Positions 40,150 to 55,100 of a stretch of DNA of 64,000 nt are shown in pieces; the first letter of the stretch is position 1; the number at the start of each line of letters is the position of its first letter. The notes under the pieces are model-generated. The model did no database searches. It was not told where the DNA came from and was given only the letters and a program-made list of their open reading frames with translations. This stretch comes from Eledone cirrhosa (Eukaryota). The stretch spans positions 20,956,001 through 21,020,000 of the forward strand of contig OZ024744.1 of the NCBI GenBank assembly GCA_964016885.1, in the 5' to 3' direction. The position numbers were made by a program, and so were the translations under genes.

Positions 40150-43100
40150 AGATAAACCTCGTTTTGACAACAGTTGAATCTTAAGAACTGACTCGTTTTA
40201 ACAACAGTTAAATCTTAATAACTGACTCGTTTTAACAACAGTTGAATGTTAAGATAAAACTCGTTTTAACAATAGTTGAATCTTAAGATAAAACTCGTTT
40301 TAACAACAGCTGAATCTTAAGATAAAACTCGTTTTAACAACAGTTGAATCTTAAGAACTGACTCGTTTTAACAACAGCTGAATCTTAAGATAAAACTCGT
40401 TTTAACAACAGTTCAAACTTAAGAAATGACTCGTTTTAAGAAAAGTTGAATCTTATGAACTCACTCATTTTAACAACAGTTGAATCTTAAGATAACATTC
40501 GTTTTAACAACAGTTGAATCTTAAGAACTGATTCGTTTTAACAACAGTTGAATCTTAAGATAAAACTCGTTTTAACCACAGTTGAATCTTAAGAACGGAC
40601 TCGTTTTAACAACAGCTGAATCTTAAGATAAAACTCGTTTTAACAACAGTTGAATCTTAAGAACTGATTCGTTTTAACAACAGTTCAAACTTAAGAACTG
40701 ATTCGTTTTAACAACAGTTGAATCTTATGAACTGACTCATTTTAACAACAGTTGAATCTTAAGATAACATTCGTTTTAACAACAGTTGAATCTTAAGAAC
40801 TGACTCGTTTTAACAACAGTTGAATCTTAAGATAAAACTCGTTTTAACAACAGTTGAATCTTAAGAACTGACTCGTTTTAACGACAGCTGAATCTTAAGA
40901 TAAATCTTGTTTTAACAACAGTTGAATCTTAAAGATAAAACTCGCTTTAACAACAGTTGAATCTTAAGAACTGACTCGTTTTAACAACAGTTGAATCTTA
41001 AGACACAACCCGTTTTAACAACAGTTGAATATTAAGAACTGTCTCGTTTTAACAACAGTTGAATGTTAAGATAAAACTCGTTTTAACAATAGTTGTATCT
41101 TAAGAACTGACTCGTTTTAACAACAGTTGAATCTTCAAATAAAACTCGTTTTAACAACAGTTGAATCTTAAGAACTGACTCGTTTTAACAACAGTTGAAT
41201 GTTAAGATAAAACTCGTTTTAACAATAGTGGAATCTTAAGAACTGACTCGTTTTAACAACAGTTGAATCTTAAGATAAAACTCGTTTTAACAACAGTTGA
41301 ATCTTAAGAACTGACTCGTTTTAACGACAGATGAATCTTAAGATAAAACTCGTTTTAACAACAGTTCAAACTTAAGAAATGACTCGTTTTAACAACAGTT
41401 GAATCTTATGAACTGACTCATTTTAACAACAGTTGAATCTTAAGAAATGATTCGTTTTAACAACAGTTGAATCTTAAGATAAAACTCGTTTTAACAACAG
41501 TTGAATCTTAAGACAAAACTCGTTTTAGCAACAGTTGAATCTTAAGAACTGACTTGTTCTAACAACAGTTCAGCCTTAAGAACTGACTCGTTTTAAAACA
41601 GTTGAATCGTTAGAACTGACTCGTTTTAACAACAGTTGAATCTTAAAATAAAACTCGTTTTAACAATAGTTGAATCTCAAGAACTGACTCGTTTTAGCAA
41701 CAGTTGAATCTTAAGATAACACTCGTTTTCATAACAGTTGAATCTTAAGAACTGTCTCGTTTTAACAACAGTTGAATTTTAAGATAAACCTCGTTTTGAC
41801 AACAGTTGAATCATAAGAACTGACTCGTTTTAACAACAGTTAAATCTTAATAACTGACTCGTTTTAACAACAGTTGAATGTTAAGATAAAACTCGTTTTA
41901 ACAATAGTTGAATCTTAAGAACTGACTCGTTTTAACAACAGTTGAATCTTAAGATAAAACTCGTTTTAACAACTGTTGAATCTTAAGAACTGACTCGTTT
42001 TAACGACAGCTGAATCTGAAGATAAAACTCGTTTTAACAACAGTTCAAACTTAAGAAATGACTCGTTTTAACAACAGTTGAATCTTATGAACTGACTCAT
42101 TTTAACAACAGTTGAATCTTAAGAACTGATTCGTTTTAACAACAGCTGAATCTTAAGATAAAACTCGTTTTAACAACAGTTGAATCTTAAGAACTGACTC
42201 GTTTTAACAACAGCTGAATCTTAAGATAAAACTCGTTTTAACAACAGTTGAATCTTAAGAACTGACTCGTTTTAACAACAGCTGAATCTTAAGATAAAAC
42301 TCGTTTTAACAACAGTTGAATCTTAACATAAAACTCGTTTTAACAACAGTTGAATCTTAAGAACTGACTCTTTTTAACAACAGTTGAATCTTAAGATAAA
42401 ACTCGTTTTAACAACAGTTGAATCTTATGAGCTAACTCATTTTAACAACAGTTGAATCTTAAGTTAAGACTCGTTTTAACAACAGTTGAATCTTAAGAAC
42501 TGACTCGTTTTAACAACAGCTGAATCTTAAGATAAAACTCGTTTTAACAACAGTTGAATCTTAAGAACTGACTCGTTTTAACAACAGTTGAATCTTCAAA
42601 TAAAACTCGTTTTAACAAAAAGTTGAATCTTAAGAACTGACTCGTTTTAACAACAGTTGAATGTTAAGATAAAACTCGTTTTAACAATAGTGGAATCTTA
42701 AGAACTGACTCGTTTTAACAACAGTTGAATCTTAAGATAAAACTCGTTTTAACAACAGTTGAATCTTAAAAACTGACTCGTTTTAACAACAGCTGAATCT
42801 TAAGATAAAACTCGTTTTAACAACAGTTCAAACTTAAGAAATGACTCGTTTTAACAAAAGTTGAATCTTATGAACTCACTCATTTTAACAACAGTTGAAT
42901 CTTAAGATAACATTCGTTTTAACAACAGTTGAATCTTAAGAACTGATTCGTTTTAACAACAGTTGAATCTTAAGATAAAACTCGTTTTAACAACACTTGA
43001 ATCTTAAGAACGGACTCGTTTTAACAACACCTGAATCTTAAGATAAAACTCGTTTTAACAACAGTTGAATCTTAAGAACTGATTCGTTTTAACAACAGTT

Positions 43101-46100
43101 CAAACTTAAGAACTGACTCGTTTTAACAACAGTTGAATCTAATGAACTGACTCATTTTAACAACAGTTGAATCTTAAGATAACATTCGTTTTAACAACAG
43201 TTGAATCTTAAGAACTGACTCGTTTTAACAGCAGTTGAATCTTAAAGATAAAACTCGTTTCGACAACAGTTGAATCTTAAGAACTGACTCGTTTTAACAA
43301 CAGCTGAATCTTAAGATAAAACTCGTTTTAACAACAGTTGAATCTTAAGATAAAACTCGTTTTAACAACAGTTGAATCTTAAGATAAAACTCGTTTTACC
43401 AACAGTTGAATCTTAAGAACTGATTCGTTTTAACAACAGCTGAATCTTAAGATAAAACTCGTTTTAACAACAGTTGAATCTTAAGAACTGATTCGTTTTA
43501 ACAACAGCTGAATCTTAAGATAAAACTCGTTTTAACAACAGTTGAATCTTAAGAACTGACTCGTTTTAACAACAGCTGAATCTTAAGATAAAACTCGTTT
43601 TAACAACAGTTGAATCTTAAGATAAAACTCGTTTTAACAACAGTTGAATCTTAAGAACTGACTCTTTTTAACAACAGTTGAATCTTAAGATAAAACTCGT
43701 TTTAACAACAGTTGAATCTTATGAGCTAACTCATTTTAACAACAGTTGAATCTTAAGTTAAGACTCGTTTTAACAACAGTTGAATCTTAAGAACTGACTC
43801 GTTTTAACAACAGCTGAATCTTAAGATAAAACTCGTTTTAACAACAGTTGAATCTTAAGAACTGACTCGTTTTAACAACAGCTGAATCTTAAGATAAAAC
43901 TCGTTTTAACAACAGTTGAATCTTAAGATAAAACTCGTTTTAACAACAGTTGAATCTTAAGTACTGACTCGTTTTAACAACAGTTGAATCTTAAGATAAA
44001 ACTCGTTTTAACAACAGTTGAATCTTATGAACTAACTCATTTTAACAACAGTTGAATCTTAAGTTAAGACTCGTTTTAACAACAGTTGAATCTTAAGAAC
44101 TGACTCGTTTTAACGACAGCTGAATCTTAAGATAAAACTCGTTTTAACAACAGTTGGATCTTAAGAACTGACTCGTTTTAACAACAGTTGAATCTTAAGA
44201 TAAAACTCGTTTTAACCACAGTTGAATCTTAAGAACGGACTCGTTTTAACAACAGCTGAATCTTAAGATAAAACTCGTTTTAACAACAGTTGAATCTTAA
44301 GAACTGATTCGTTTTAACAACAGTTCAAACTTAAGAACTGATTCGTTTTAACAACAGTTGAATCTTATGAACTGACTCATTTTAACAACAGTTGAATCTT
44401 AAGATAACATTCGTTTTAACAACAGTTGAATCTTAAGAACTGACTCGTTTTAACAACAGTTGAATCTTAAGATAAAACTCGTTTTAACAACAGTTGAATC
44501 TTAAGAACTGACTCGTTTTAACGACAGCTGAATCTTAAGATAAATCTTGTTTTAACAACAGTTGAATCTTAAAGATAAAACTCGCTTTAACAACAGTTGA
44601 ATCTTAAGAACTGACTCGTTTTAACAACAGTTGAATCTTAAGACACAACCCGTTTTAACAACAGTTGAATATTAAGAACTGTCTCGTTTTAACAACAGTT
44701 GAATGTTAAGATAAAACTCGTTTTAACAATAGTTGTATCTTAAGAACTGACTCGTTTTAACAACAGTTGAATCTTCAAATAAAACTCGTTTTAACAACAG
44801 TTGAATCTTAAGAACTGACTCGTTTTAACAACAGTTGAATGTTAAGATAAAACTCGTTTTAACAATAGTGGAATCTTAAGAACTGACTCGTTTTAACAAC
44901 AGTTGAATCTTAAGATAAAACTCGTTTTAACAACAGTTGAATCTTAAGAACTGACTCGTTTTAACGACAGATGAATCTTAAGATAAAACTCGTTTTAACA
45001 ACAGTTCAAACTTAAGAAATGACTCGTTTTAACAACAGTTGAATCTTATGAACTGACTCATTTTAACAACAGTTGAATCTTAAGAACTGATTCGTTTTAA
45101 CAACAGTTGAATCTTAAGATAAAACTCGTTTTAACAACAGTTGAATCTTAAGATAAAACTCGTTTTAACAACACGTGAATCTTAAGAACGGACTCGTTTT
45201 AACAACACCTGAATCTTAAGATAAAACTCGTTTTAACAACAGTTGAATCTTAAGATAAAACTCGTTTTAACAACAGTTGAATCTTAAGAACTGACTCGTT
45301 TTAACGACAGCTGAATCTTAAGATAAAACTCGTTTTAACAACAGTTCAAACTTAAGAAATGACTCGTTTTAACAACAGTTGAATCTTATGAACTGACTCA
45401 TTTTAACAACAGTTGAATCTTAAGAACTGATTCGTTTTAACAACAGCTGAATCTTAAGATAAAACTCGTTTTAACAACAGTTGAATCTTAAGAACTGACT
45501 CGTTTTAACAACAGCTGAATCTTAAGATAAAACTCGTTTTAACAACAGTTGAATCTTAAGAACTGACTCGTTTTAACAACAGCTGAATATTAAGATAAAA
45601 CTCGTTTTAACAACAGTTGAATCTTAACATAAAACTCGTTTTAACAACAGTTGAATCTTAACAACTGACTCTTTTTAACAACGGTTGAATCTTAAGATAA
45701 AACTCGTTTTAACAACAGTTGAATCTTATGAGCTAACTCATTTTAACAACAGTTGAATCTTAAGTTAAGACTCGTTTTAACAACAGTTGAATCTTAAGAA
45801 CTGACTCGTTTTAACAACAGCTGAATCTTAAGATAAAACTCGTTTTAACAACAGTTGAATCTTAAGAACTGACTCGTTTTAACAACAGTTGAATCTTCAA
45901 ATAAAACTCGTTTTAACAACAGTTGAATCTTAAGAACTGACTCGTTTTAACAACAGTTGAATGTTAAGATAAAACTCGTTTTAACAATAGTGGAATCTTA
46001 AGAACTGACTCGATTTAACAACAGTTGAATCTTAAGATAAAACTCGTTTTAACAACAGTTGAATCTTAAGAACTAACTCGTTTTAACAACAGCTGAATCT

Positions 46101-49100
46101 TAAGATAAAACTCGTTTTAACAACAGTTCAAACTTAAGAAATGACTCGTTTTAACAAAAGTTGAATCTTATGAACTCACTCATTTTAACAACAGTTGAAT
46201 CTTAAGATAACATTCGTTTTAACAACAGTTGAATCTTAAGAACTGATTCGTTTTAACAACAGTTGAATCTTAAGATAAAACTCGTTTTAACAACACTTGA
46301 ATCTTAAGAACGGACTCGTTTTAACAACACCTGAATCTTAAGATAAAACTCGTTTTAACAACAGTTGAATCTTAAGAACTGATTCGTTTTAACAACAGTT
46401 CAAACTTAAGAACTGACTCGTTTTAACAACAGTTGAATCTAATGAACTGACTCATTTTAACAACAGTTGAATCTTAAGATAACATTCGTTTTAACAACAG
46501 TTGAATCTTAAAGATAAAACTCGTTTCGACAACAGTTGAATCTTAAGAACTGACTCGTTTTAACAACAGCTGAATCTTAGAATAAAACTCGTTTTAACAA
46601 CAGTTGAATCTTAAGATAAAACTCGTTTTAACAACAGTTGAATCTTAAGAACTGACTCGTTTTAACGACAGCTGAATCTTAAGATAAAACTCGTTTTAAC
46701 AACAGTTCAAACTTAAGAAATGACTCGTTTTAACAACAGTTGAATCTTATGAACTGACTCATTTTAACAACAGTTGAATCTTAAGAACTGATTCGTTTTA
46801 ACAACAGCTGAATCTTAAGATAAAACTCGTTTTAACAACAGTTGAATCTTAAGAACTGATTCGTTTTAACAACAGCTGAATCTTAAGATAAAACTCGTTT
46901 TAACAACTGTTGAATCTTAAGAACTGACTCGTTTTAACAACAGCTGAATCTTAAGATAAAACTCGTTTTAACAACAGTTGAATCTTAAGATAAAACTCTT
47001 TTTAACAACAGTTGAATCTCAAGATAAAACTCGTTTTAACAACAGTTGAATCTTATGGGCTAACTCATTTTAACAACAGTTGAATCTTAAGTTAAGACTC
47101 GTTTTAACAACAGTTGAATCTTAAGAACTGACTCGTTTTAACAACAGCTGAATCTTAAGATAAAACTCGTTTTAACAACAGTTGAATCTTAAGAACTGAC
47201 TCGTTTTAACAACAGCTGAATCTTAAGATAAAACTCGTTTTAACAACAGTTGAATCTTAAGATAAAACTCGTTTTAACAACAGTTGAATCTTAAGTACTG
47301 ACTCGTTTTAACAACAGTTGAATCTTAAGATAAAACTCGTTTTAACAACAGTTGAATCTTATGAACTAACTCATTTTAACAACAGTTGAATCTTAAGTTA
47401 AGACTCGTTTTAACAACAGTTGAATCTTAAGAACTGACTCGTTTTAACGACAGCTGAATCTTAAGATAAAACTCGTTTTAACAACAGTTGGATCTTAAGA
47501 ACTGACTCGTTTTAACAACAGTTGAATCTTACGATAAAACTCGTTTTAACAACAGTTGAATCTTATGAACTAACTCATTTTAACAACAGTTGAATCTTAA
47601 GTTAAGACTCGTTTTAACAACAGTTGAATATTAAGACAAAACCCGTTTTAACAACAGTTGAATATTAAGAACTGTCTCGTTTTAACAACAGTTGAATCTT
47701 AAGATAAACCTCGTTTTAACAACAGTTTAATCTTAAGAACTGACTCGTTTTAACAACAGTTGAATCGTTAGAACTGACTCGTTTTAACAACAGTTGAATC
47801 TTAAGAACTGACTTGTTCTAACAACAGTTCAGCCTTAAGAACTGACTCGTTTTAAAACAGTTGAATCGTTAGAACTGACTCGTTTTAACAACAGTTGAAT
47901 CTTAAAATAAAACTCGTTTTAACAATAGTTGAATCTCAAGAACTGACTCGTTTTAGCAACAGTTGAATCTTAAGATAACACTCGTTTTCATAACAGTTGA
48001 ATCTTAAGAACTGTCTCGTTTTAACAACAGTTGAATTTTAAGATAAACCTCGTTTTGACAACAGTTGAATCTTAAGAACTGACTCGTTTTAACAACAGTT
48101 AAATCTTAATAACTGACTCGTTTTAACAACAGTTGAATGTTAAGATAAAACTCGTTTTAACAATAGTTGAATCTTAAGATAAAACTCGTTTTAACAACAG
48201 CTGAATCTTAAGATAAAACTCGTTTTAACAACAGTTGAATCTTAAGAACTGACTCGTTTTAACAACAGCTGAATCTTAAGATAAAACTCGTTTTAACAAC
48301 AGTTCAAACTTAAGAAATGACTCGTTTTAAGAAAAGTTGAATCTTATGAACTCACTCATTTTAACAACAGTTGAATCTTAAGATAACATTCGTTTTAACA
48401 ACAGTTGAATCTTAAGAACTGATTCGTTTTAACAACAGTTGAATCTTAAGATAAAACTCGTTTTAACCACAGTTGAATCTTAAGAACGGACTCGTTTTAA
48501 CAACAGCTGAATCTTAAGATAAAACTCGTTTTAACAACAGTTGAATCTTAAGAACTGATTCGTTTTAACAACAGTTCAAACTTAAGAACTGATTCGTTTT
48601 AACAACAGTTGAATCTTATGAACTGACTCATTTTAACAACAGTTGAATCTTAAGATAACATTCGTTTTAACAACAGTTGAATCTTAAGAACTGACTCGTT
48701 TTAACAACAGTTGAATCTTAAGATAAAACTCGTTTTAACAACAGTTGAATCTTAAGAACTGACTCGTTTTAACGACAGCTGAATCTTAAGATAAATCTTG
48801 TTTTAACAACAGTTGAATCTTAAAGATAAAACTCGCTTTAACAACAGTTGAATCTTAAGAACTGACTCGTTTTAACAACAGTTGAATCTTAAGACACAAC
48901 CCGTTTTAACAACAGTTGAATATTAAGAACTGTCTCGTTTTAACAACAGTTGAATGTTAAGATAAAACTCGTTTTAACAATAGTTGTATCTTAAGAACTG
49001 ACTCGTTTTAACAACAGTTGAATCTTCAAATAAAACTCGTTTTAACAACAGTTGAATCTTAAGAACTGACTCGTTTTAACAACAGTTGAATGTTAAGATA

Positions 49101-52100
49101 AAACTCGTTTTAACAATAGTGGAATCTTAAGAACTGACTCGTTTTAACAACAGTTGAATCTTAAGATAAAACTCGTTTTAACAACAGTTGAATCTTAAGA
49201 ACTGACTCGTTTTAACGACAGATGAATCTTAAGATAAAACTCGTTTTAACAACAGTTCAAACTTAAGAAATGACTCGTTTTAACAACAGTTGAATCTTAT
49301 GAACTGACTCATTTTAACAACAGTTGAATCTTAAGAACTGATTCGTTTTAACAACAGTTGAATCTTAAGATAAAACTCGTTTTAACAACAGTTGAATCTT
49401 AAGACAAAACTCGTTTTAGCAACAGTTGAATCTTAAGAACTGACTTGTTCTAACAACAGTTCAGCCTTAAGAACTGACTCGTTTTAAAACAGTTGAATCG
49501 TTAGAACTGACTCGTTTTAACAACAGTTGAATCTTAAAATAAAACTCGTTTTAACAATAGTTGAATCTCAAGAACTGACTCGTTTTAGCAACAGTTGAAT
49601 CTTAAGATAACACTCGTTTTCATAACAGTTGAATCTTAAGAACTGTCTCGTTTTAACAACAGTTGAATTTTAAGATAAACCTCGTTTTGACAACAGTTGA
49701 ATCATAAGAACTGACTCGTTTTAACAACAGTTAAATCTTAATAACTGACTCGTTTTAACAACAGTTGAATGTTAAGATAAAACTCGTTTTAACAATAGTT
49801 GAATCTTAAGAACTGACTCGTTTTAACAACAGTTGAATCTTAAGATAAAACTCGTTTTAACAACTGTTGAATCTTAAGAACTGACTCGTTTTAACGACAG
49901 CTGAATCTGAAGATAAAACTCGTTTTAACAACAGTTCAAACTTAAGAAATGACTCGTTTTAACAACAGTTGAATCTTATGAACTGACTCATTTTAACAAC
50001 AGTTGAATCTTAAGAACTGATTCGTTTTAACAACAGCTGAATCTTAAGATAAAACTCGTTTTAACAACAGTTGAATCTTAAGAACTGACTCGTTTTAACA
50101 ACAGCTGAATCTTAAGATAAAACTCGTTTTAACAACAGTTGAATCTTAAGAACTGACTCGTTTTAACAACAGCTGAATCTTAAGATAAAACTCGTTTTAA
50201 CAACAGTTGAATCTTAACATAAAACTCGTTTTAACAACAGTTGAATCTTAAGAACTGACTCTTTTTAACAACAGTTGAATCTTCAAATAAAACTCGTTTT
50301 AACAAAAAGTTGAATCTTAAGAACTGACTCGTTTTAACAACAGTTGAATGTTAAGATAAAACTCGTTTTAACAATAGTGGAATCTTAAGAACTGACTCGT
50401 TTTAACAACAGTTGAATCTTAAGATAAAACTCGTTTTAACAACAGTTGAATCTTAAAAACTGACTCGTTTTAACAACAGCTGAATCTTAAGATAAAACTC
50501 GTTTTAACAACAGTTCAAACTTAAGAAATGACTCGTTTTAACAAAAGTTGAATCTTATGAACTCACTCATTTTAACAACAGTTGAATCTTAAGATAACAT
50601 TCGTTTTAACAACAGTTGAATCTTAAGAACTGATTCGTTTTAACAACAGTTGAATCTTAAGATAAAACTCGTTTTAACAACACTTGAATCTTAAGAACGG
50701 ACTCGTTTTAACAACACCTGAATCTTAAGATAAAACTCGTTTTAACAACAGTTGAATCTTAAGAACTGATTCGTTTTAACAACAGTTCAAACTTAAGAAC
50801 TGACTCGTTTTAACAACAGTTGAATCTAATGAACTGACTCATTTTAACAACAGTTGAATCTTAAGATAACATTCGTTTTAACAACAGTTGAATCTTAAGA
50901 ACTGACTCGTTTTAACAGCAGTTGAATCTTAAAGATAAAACTCGTTTTGACAACAGTTGAATCTTAAGAACTGACTCGTTTTAACAACAGCTGAATCTTA
51001 AGATAAAACTCGTTTTAACAACAGTTGAATCTTAAGATAAAACTCGTTTTAACAACAGTTGAATCTTAAGATAAAACTCGTTTTACCAACAGTTGAATCT
51101 TAAGAACTGATTCGTTTTAACAACAGCTGAATCTTAAGATAAAACTCGTTTTAACAACAGTTGAATCTTAAGAACTGATTCGTTTTAACAACAGCTGAAT
51201 CTTAAGATAAAACTCGTTTTAACAACAGTTGAATCTTAAGAACTGACTCGTTTTAACAACAGCTGAATCTTAAGATAAAACTCGTTTTAACAACAGTTGA
51301 ATCTTAAGATAAAACTCGTTTTAACAACAGTTGAATCTTAAGAACTGACTCTTTTTAACAACAGTTGAATCTTAAGATAAAACTCGTTTTAACAACAGTT
51401 GAATCTTATGAGCTAACTCATTTTAACAACAGTTGAATCTTAAGTTAAGACTCGTTTTAACAACAGTTGAATCTTAAGAACTGACTCGTTTTAACAACAG
51501 CTGAATCTTAAGATAAAACTCGTTTTAACAACAGTTGAATCTTAAGAACTGACTCGTTTTAACAACAGCTGAATCTTAAGATAAAACTCGTTTTAACAAC
51601 AGTTGAATCTTAAGATAAAACTCGTTTTAACAACAGTTGAATCTTAAGTACTGACTCGTTTTAACAACAGTTGAATCTTAAGATAAAACTCGTTTTAACA
51701 ACAGTTGAATCTTATGAACTAACTCATTTTAACAACAGTTGAATCTTAAGTTAAGACTCGTTTTAACAACAGTTGAATCTTAAGAACTGACTCGTTTTAA
51801 CGACAGCTGAATCTTAAGATAAAACTCGTTTTAACAACAGTTGGATCTTAAGAACTGACTCGTTTTAACAACAGTTGAATCTTAAGATAAAACTCGTTTT
51901 AACCACAGTTGAATCTTAAGAACGGACTCGTTTTAACAACAGCTGAATCTTAAGATAAAACTCGTTTTAACAACAGTTGAATCTTAAGAACTGATTCGTT
52001 TTAACAACAGTTCAAACTTAAGAACTGATTCGTTTTAACAACAGTTGAATCTTATGAACTGACTCATTTTAACAACAGTTGAATCTTAAGATAACATTCG

Positions 52101-55100
52101 TTTTAACAACAGTTGAATCTTAAGAACTGACTCGTTTTAACAACAGTTGAATCTTAAGATAAAACTCGTTTTAACAACAGTTGAATCTTAAGAACTGACT
52201 CGTTTTAACGACAGCTGAATCTTAAGATAAATCTTGTTTTAACAACAGTTGAATCTTAAAGATAAAACTCGCTTTAACAACAGTTGAATCTTAAGAACTG
52301 ACTCGTTTTAACAACAGTTGAATCTTAAGACACAACCCGTTTTAACAACAGTTGAATATTAAGAACTGTCTCGTTTTAACAACAGTTGAATGTTAAGATA
52401 AAACTCGTTTTAACAATAGTTGTATCTTAAGAACTGACTCGTTTTAACAACAGTTGAATCTTCAAATAAAACTCGTTTTAACAACAGTTGAATCTTAAGA
52501 ACTGACTCGTTTTAACAACAGTTGAATGTTAAGATAAAACTCGTTTCAACAATAGTGGAATCTTAAGAACTGACTCGTTTTAACAACAGTTGAATCTTAA
52601 GATAAAACTCGTTTTAACAACAGTTGAATCTTAAGAACTGACTCGTTTTAACGACAGATGAATCTTAAGATAAAACTCGTTTTAACAACAGTTCAAACTT
52701 AAGAAATGACTCGTTTTAACAACAGTTGAATCTTATGAACTGACTCATTTTAACAACAGTTGAATCTTAAGAACTGATTCGTTTTAACAACAGTTGAATC
52801 TTAAGATAAAACTCGTTTTAACAACAGTTGAATCTTAAGATAAAACTCGTTTTAACAACACGTGAATCTTAAGAACGGACTCGTTTTAACAACACCTGAA
52901 TCTTAAGATAAAACTCGTTTTAACAACAGTTGAATCTTAAGATAAAACTCGTTTTAACAACAGTTGAATCTTAAGAACTGACTCGTTTTAACGACAGCTG
53001 AATCTTAAGATAAAACTCGTTTTAACAACAGTTCAAACTTAAGAAATGACTCGTTTTAACAACAGTTGAATCTTATGAACTGACTCATTTTAACAACAGT
53101 TGAATCTTAAGAACTGATTCGTTTTAACAACAGCTGAATCTTAAGATAAAACTCGTTTTAACAACAGTTGAATCTTAAGAACTGACTCGTTTTAACAACA
53201 GCTGAATCTTAAGATAAAACTCGTTTTAACAACAGTTGAATCTTAAGAACTGACTCGTTTTAACAACAGCTGAATATTAAGATAAAACTCGTTTTAACAA
53301 CAGTTGAATCTTAACATAAAACTCGTTTTAACAACAGTTGAATCTTAACAACTGACTCTTTTTAACAACGGTTGAATCTTAAGATAAAACTCGTTTTAAC
53401 AACAGTTGAATCTTATGAGCTAACTCATTTTAACAACAGTTGAATCTTAAGTTAAGACTCGTTTTAACAACAGTTGAATCTTAAGAACTGACTCGTTTTA
53501 ACAACAGCTGAATCTTAAGATAAAACTCGTTTTAACAACAGTTGAATCTTAAGAACTGACTCGTTTTAACAACAGTTGAATCTTCAAATAAAACTCGTTT
53601 TAACAACAGTTGAATCTTAAGAACTGACTCGTTTTAACAACAGTTGAATGTTAAGATAAAACTCGTTTTAACAATAGTGGAATCTTAAGAACTGACTCGA
53701 TTTAACAACAGTTGAATCTTAAGATAAAACTCGTTTTAACAACAGTTGAATCTTAAGAACTAACTCGTTTTAACAACAGCTGAATCTTAAGATAAAACTC
53801 GTTTTAACAACAGTTCAAACTTAAGAAATGACTCGTTTTAACAAAAGTTGAATCTTATGAACTCACTCATTTTAACAACAGTTGAATCTTAAGATAACAT
53901 TCGTTTTAACAACAGTTGAATCTTAAGAACTGATTCGTTTTAACAACAGTTGAATCTTAAGATAAAACTCGTTTTAACAACACTTGAATCTTAAGAACGG
54001 ACTCGTTTTAACAACACCTGAATCTTAAGATAAAACTCGTTTTAACAACAGTTGAATCTTAAGAACTGATTCGTTTTAACAACAGTTCAAACTTAAGAAC
54101 TGACTCGTTTTAACAACAGTTGAATCTAATGAACTGACTCATTTTAACAACAGTTGAATCTTAAGATAACATTCGTTTTAACAACAGTTGAATCTTAAGA
54201 ACTGACTCGTTTTAACAACAGTTGAATCTTAAAGATAAAACTCGTTTCGACAACAGTTGAATCTTAAGAACTGACTCGTTTTAACAACAGCTGAATCTTA
54301 AGATAAAACTCGTTTTAACAACAGTTGAATCTTAAGATAAAACTCGTTTTAACAACAGTTGAATCTTAAGAACTGACTCGTTTTAACGACAGCTGAATCT
54401 TAAGATAAAACTCGTTTTAACAACAGTTCAAACTTAAGAAATGACTCGTTTTAACAACAGTTGAATCTTATGAACTGACTCATTTTAACAACAGTTGAAT
54501 CTTAAGAACTGATTCGTTTTAACAACAGCTGAATCTTAAGATAAAACTCGTTTTAACAACAGTTGAATCTTAAGAACTGATTCGTTTTAACAACAGCTGA
54601 ATCTTAAGATAAAACTCGTTTTAACAACAGTTGAATCTTAAGAACTGACTCGTTTTAACAACAGCTGAATCTTAAGATAAAACTCGTTTTAACAACAGTT
54701 GAATCTTAAGATAAAACTCTTTTTAACAACAGTTGAATCTTAAGATAAAACTCGTTTTAACAACAGTTGAATCTTATGAGCTAACTCATTTTAACAACAG
54801 TTGAATCTTAAGTTAAGACTCGTTTTAACAACAGTTGAATCTTAAGAACTGACTCGTTTTAACGACAGCTGAATCTTAAGATAAAACTCGTTTTAACAAC
54901 AGTTGAATCTTAAGAACTGACTCGTTTTAACAACAGCTGAATCTTAAGATAAAACTCGTTTTAACAACAGTTGAATCTTAAGTTAAAACTCGTTTTAACA
55001 ACAGTTGAATCTTAAGTACTGACTCGTTTTAACAACAGTTGAATCTTAAGATAAAACTCGTTTTAACAACAGTTGAATCTTATGAACTAACTCATTTTAA

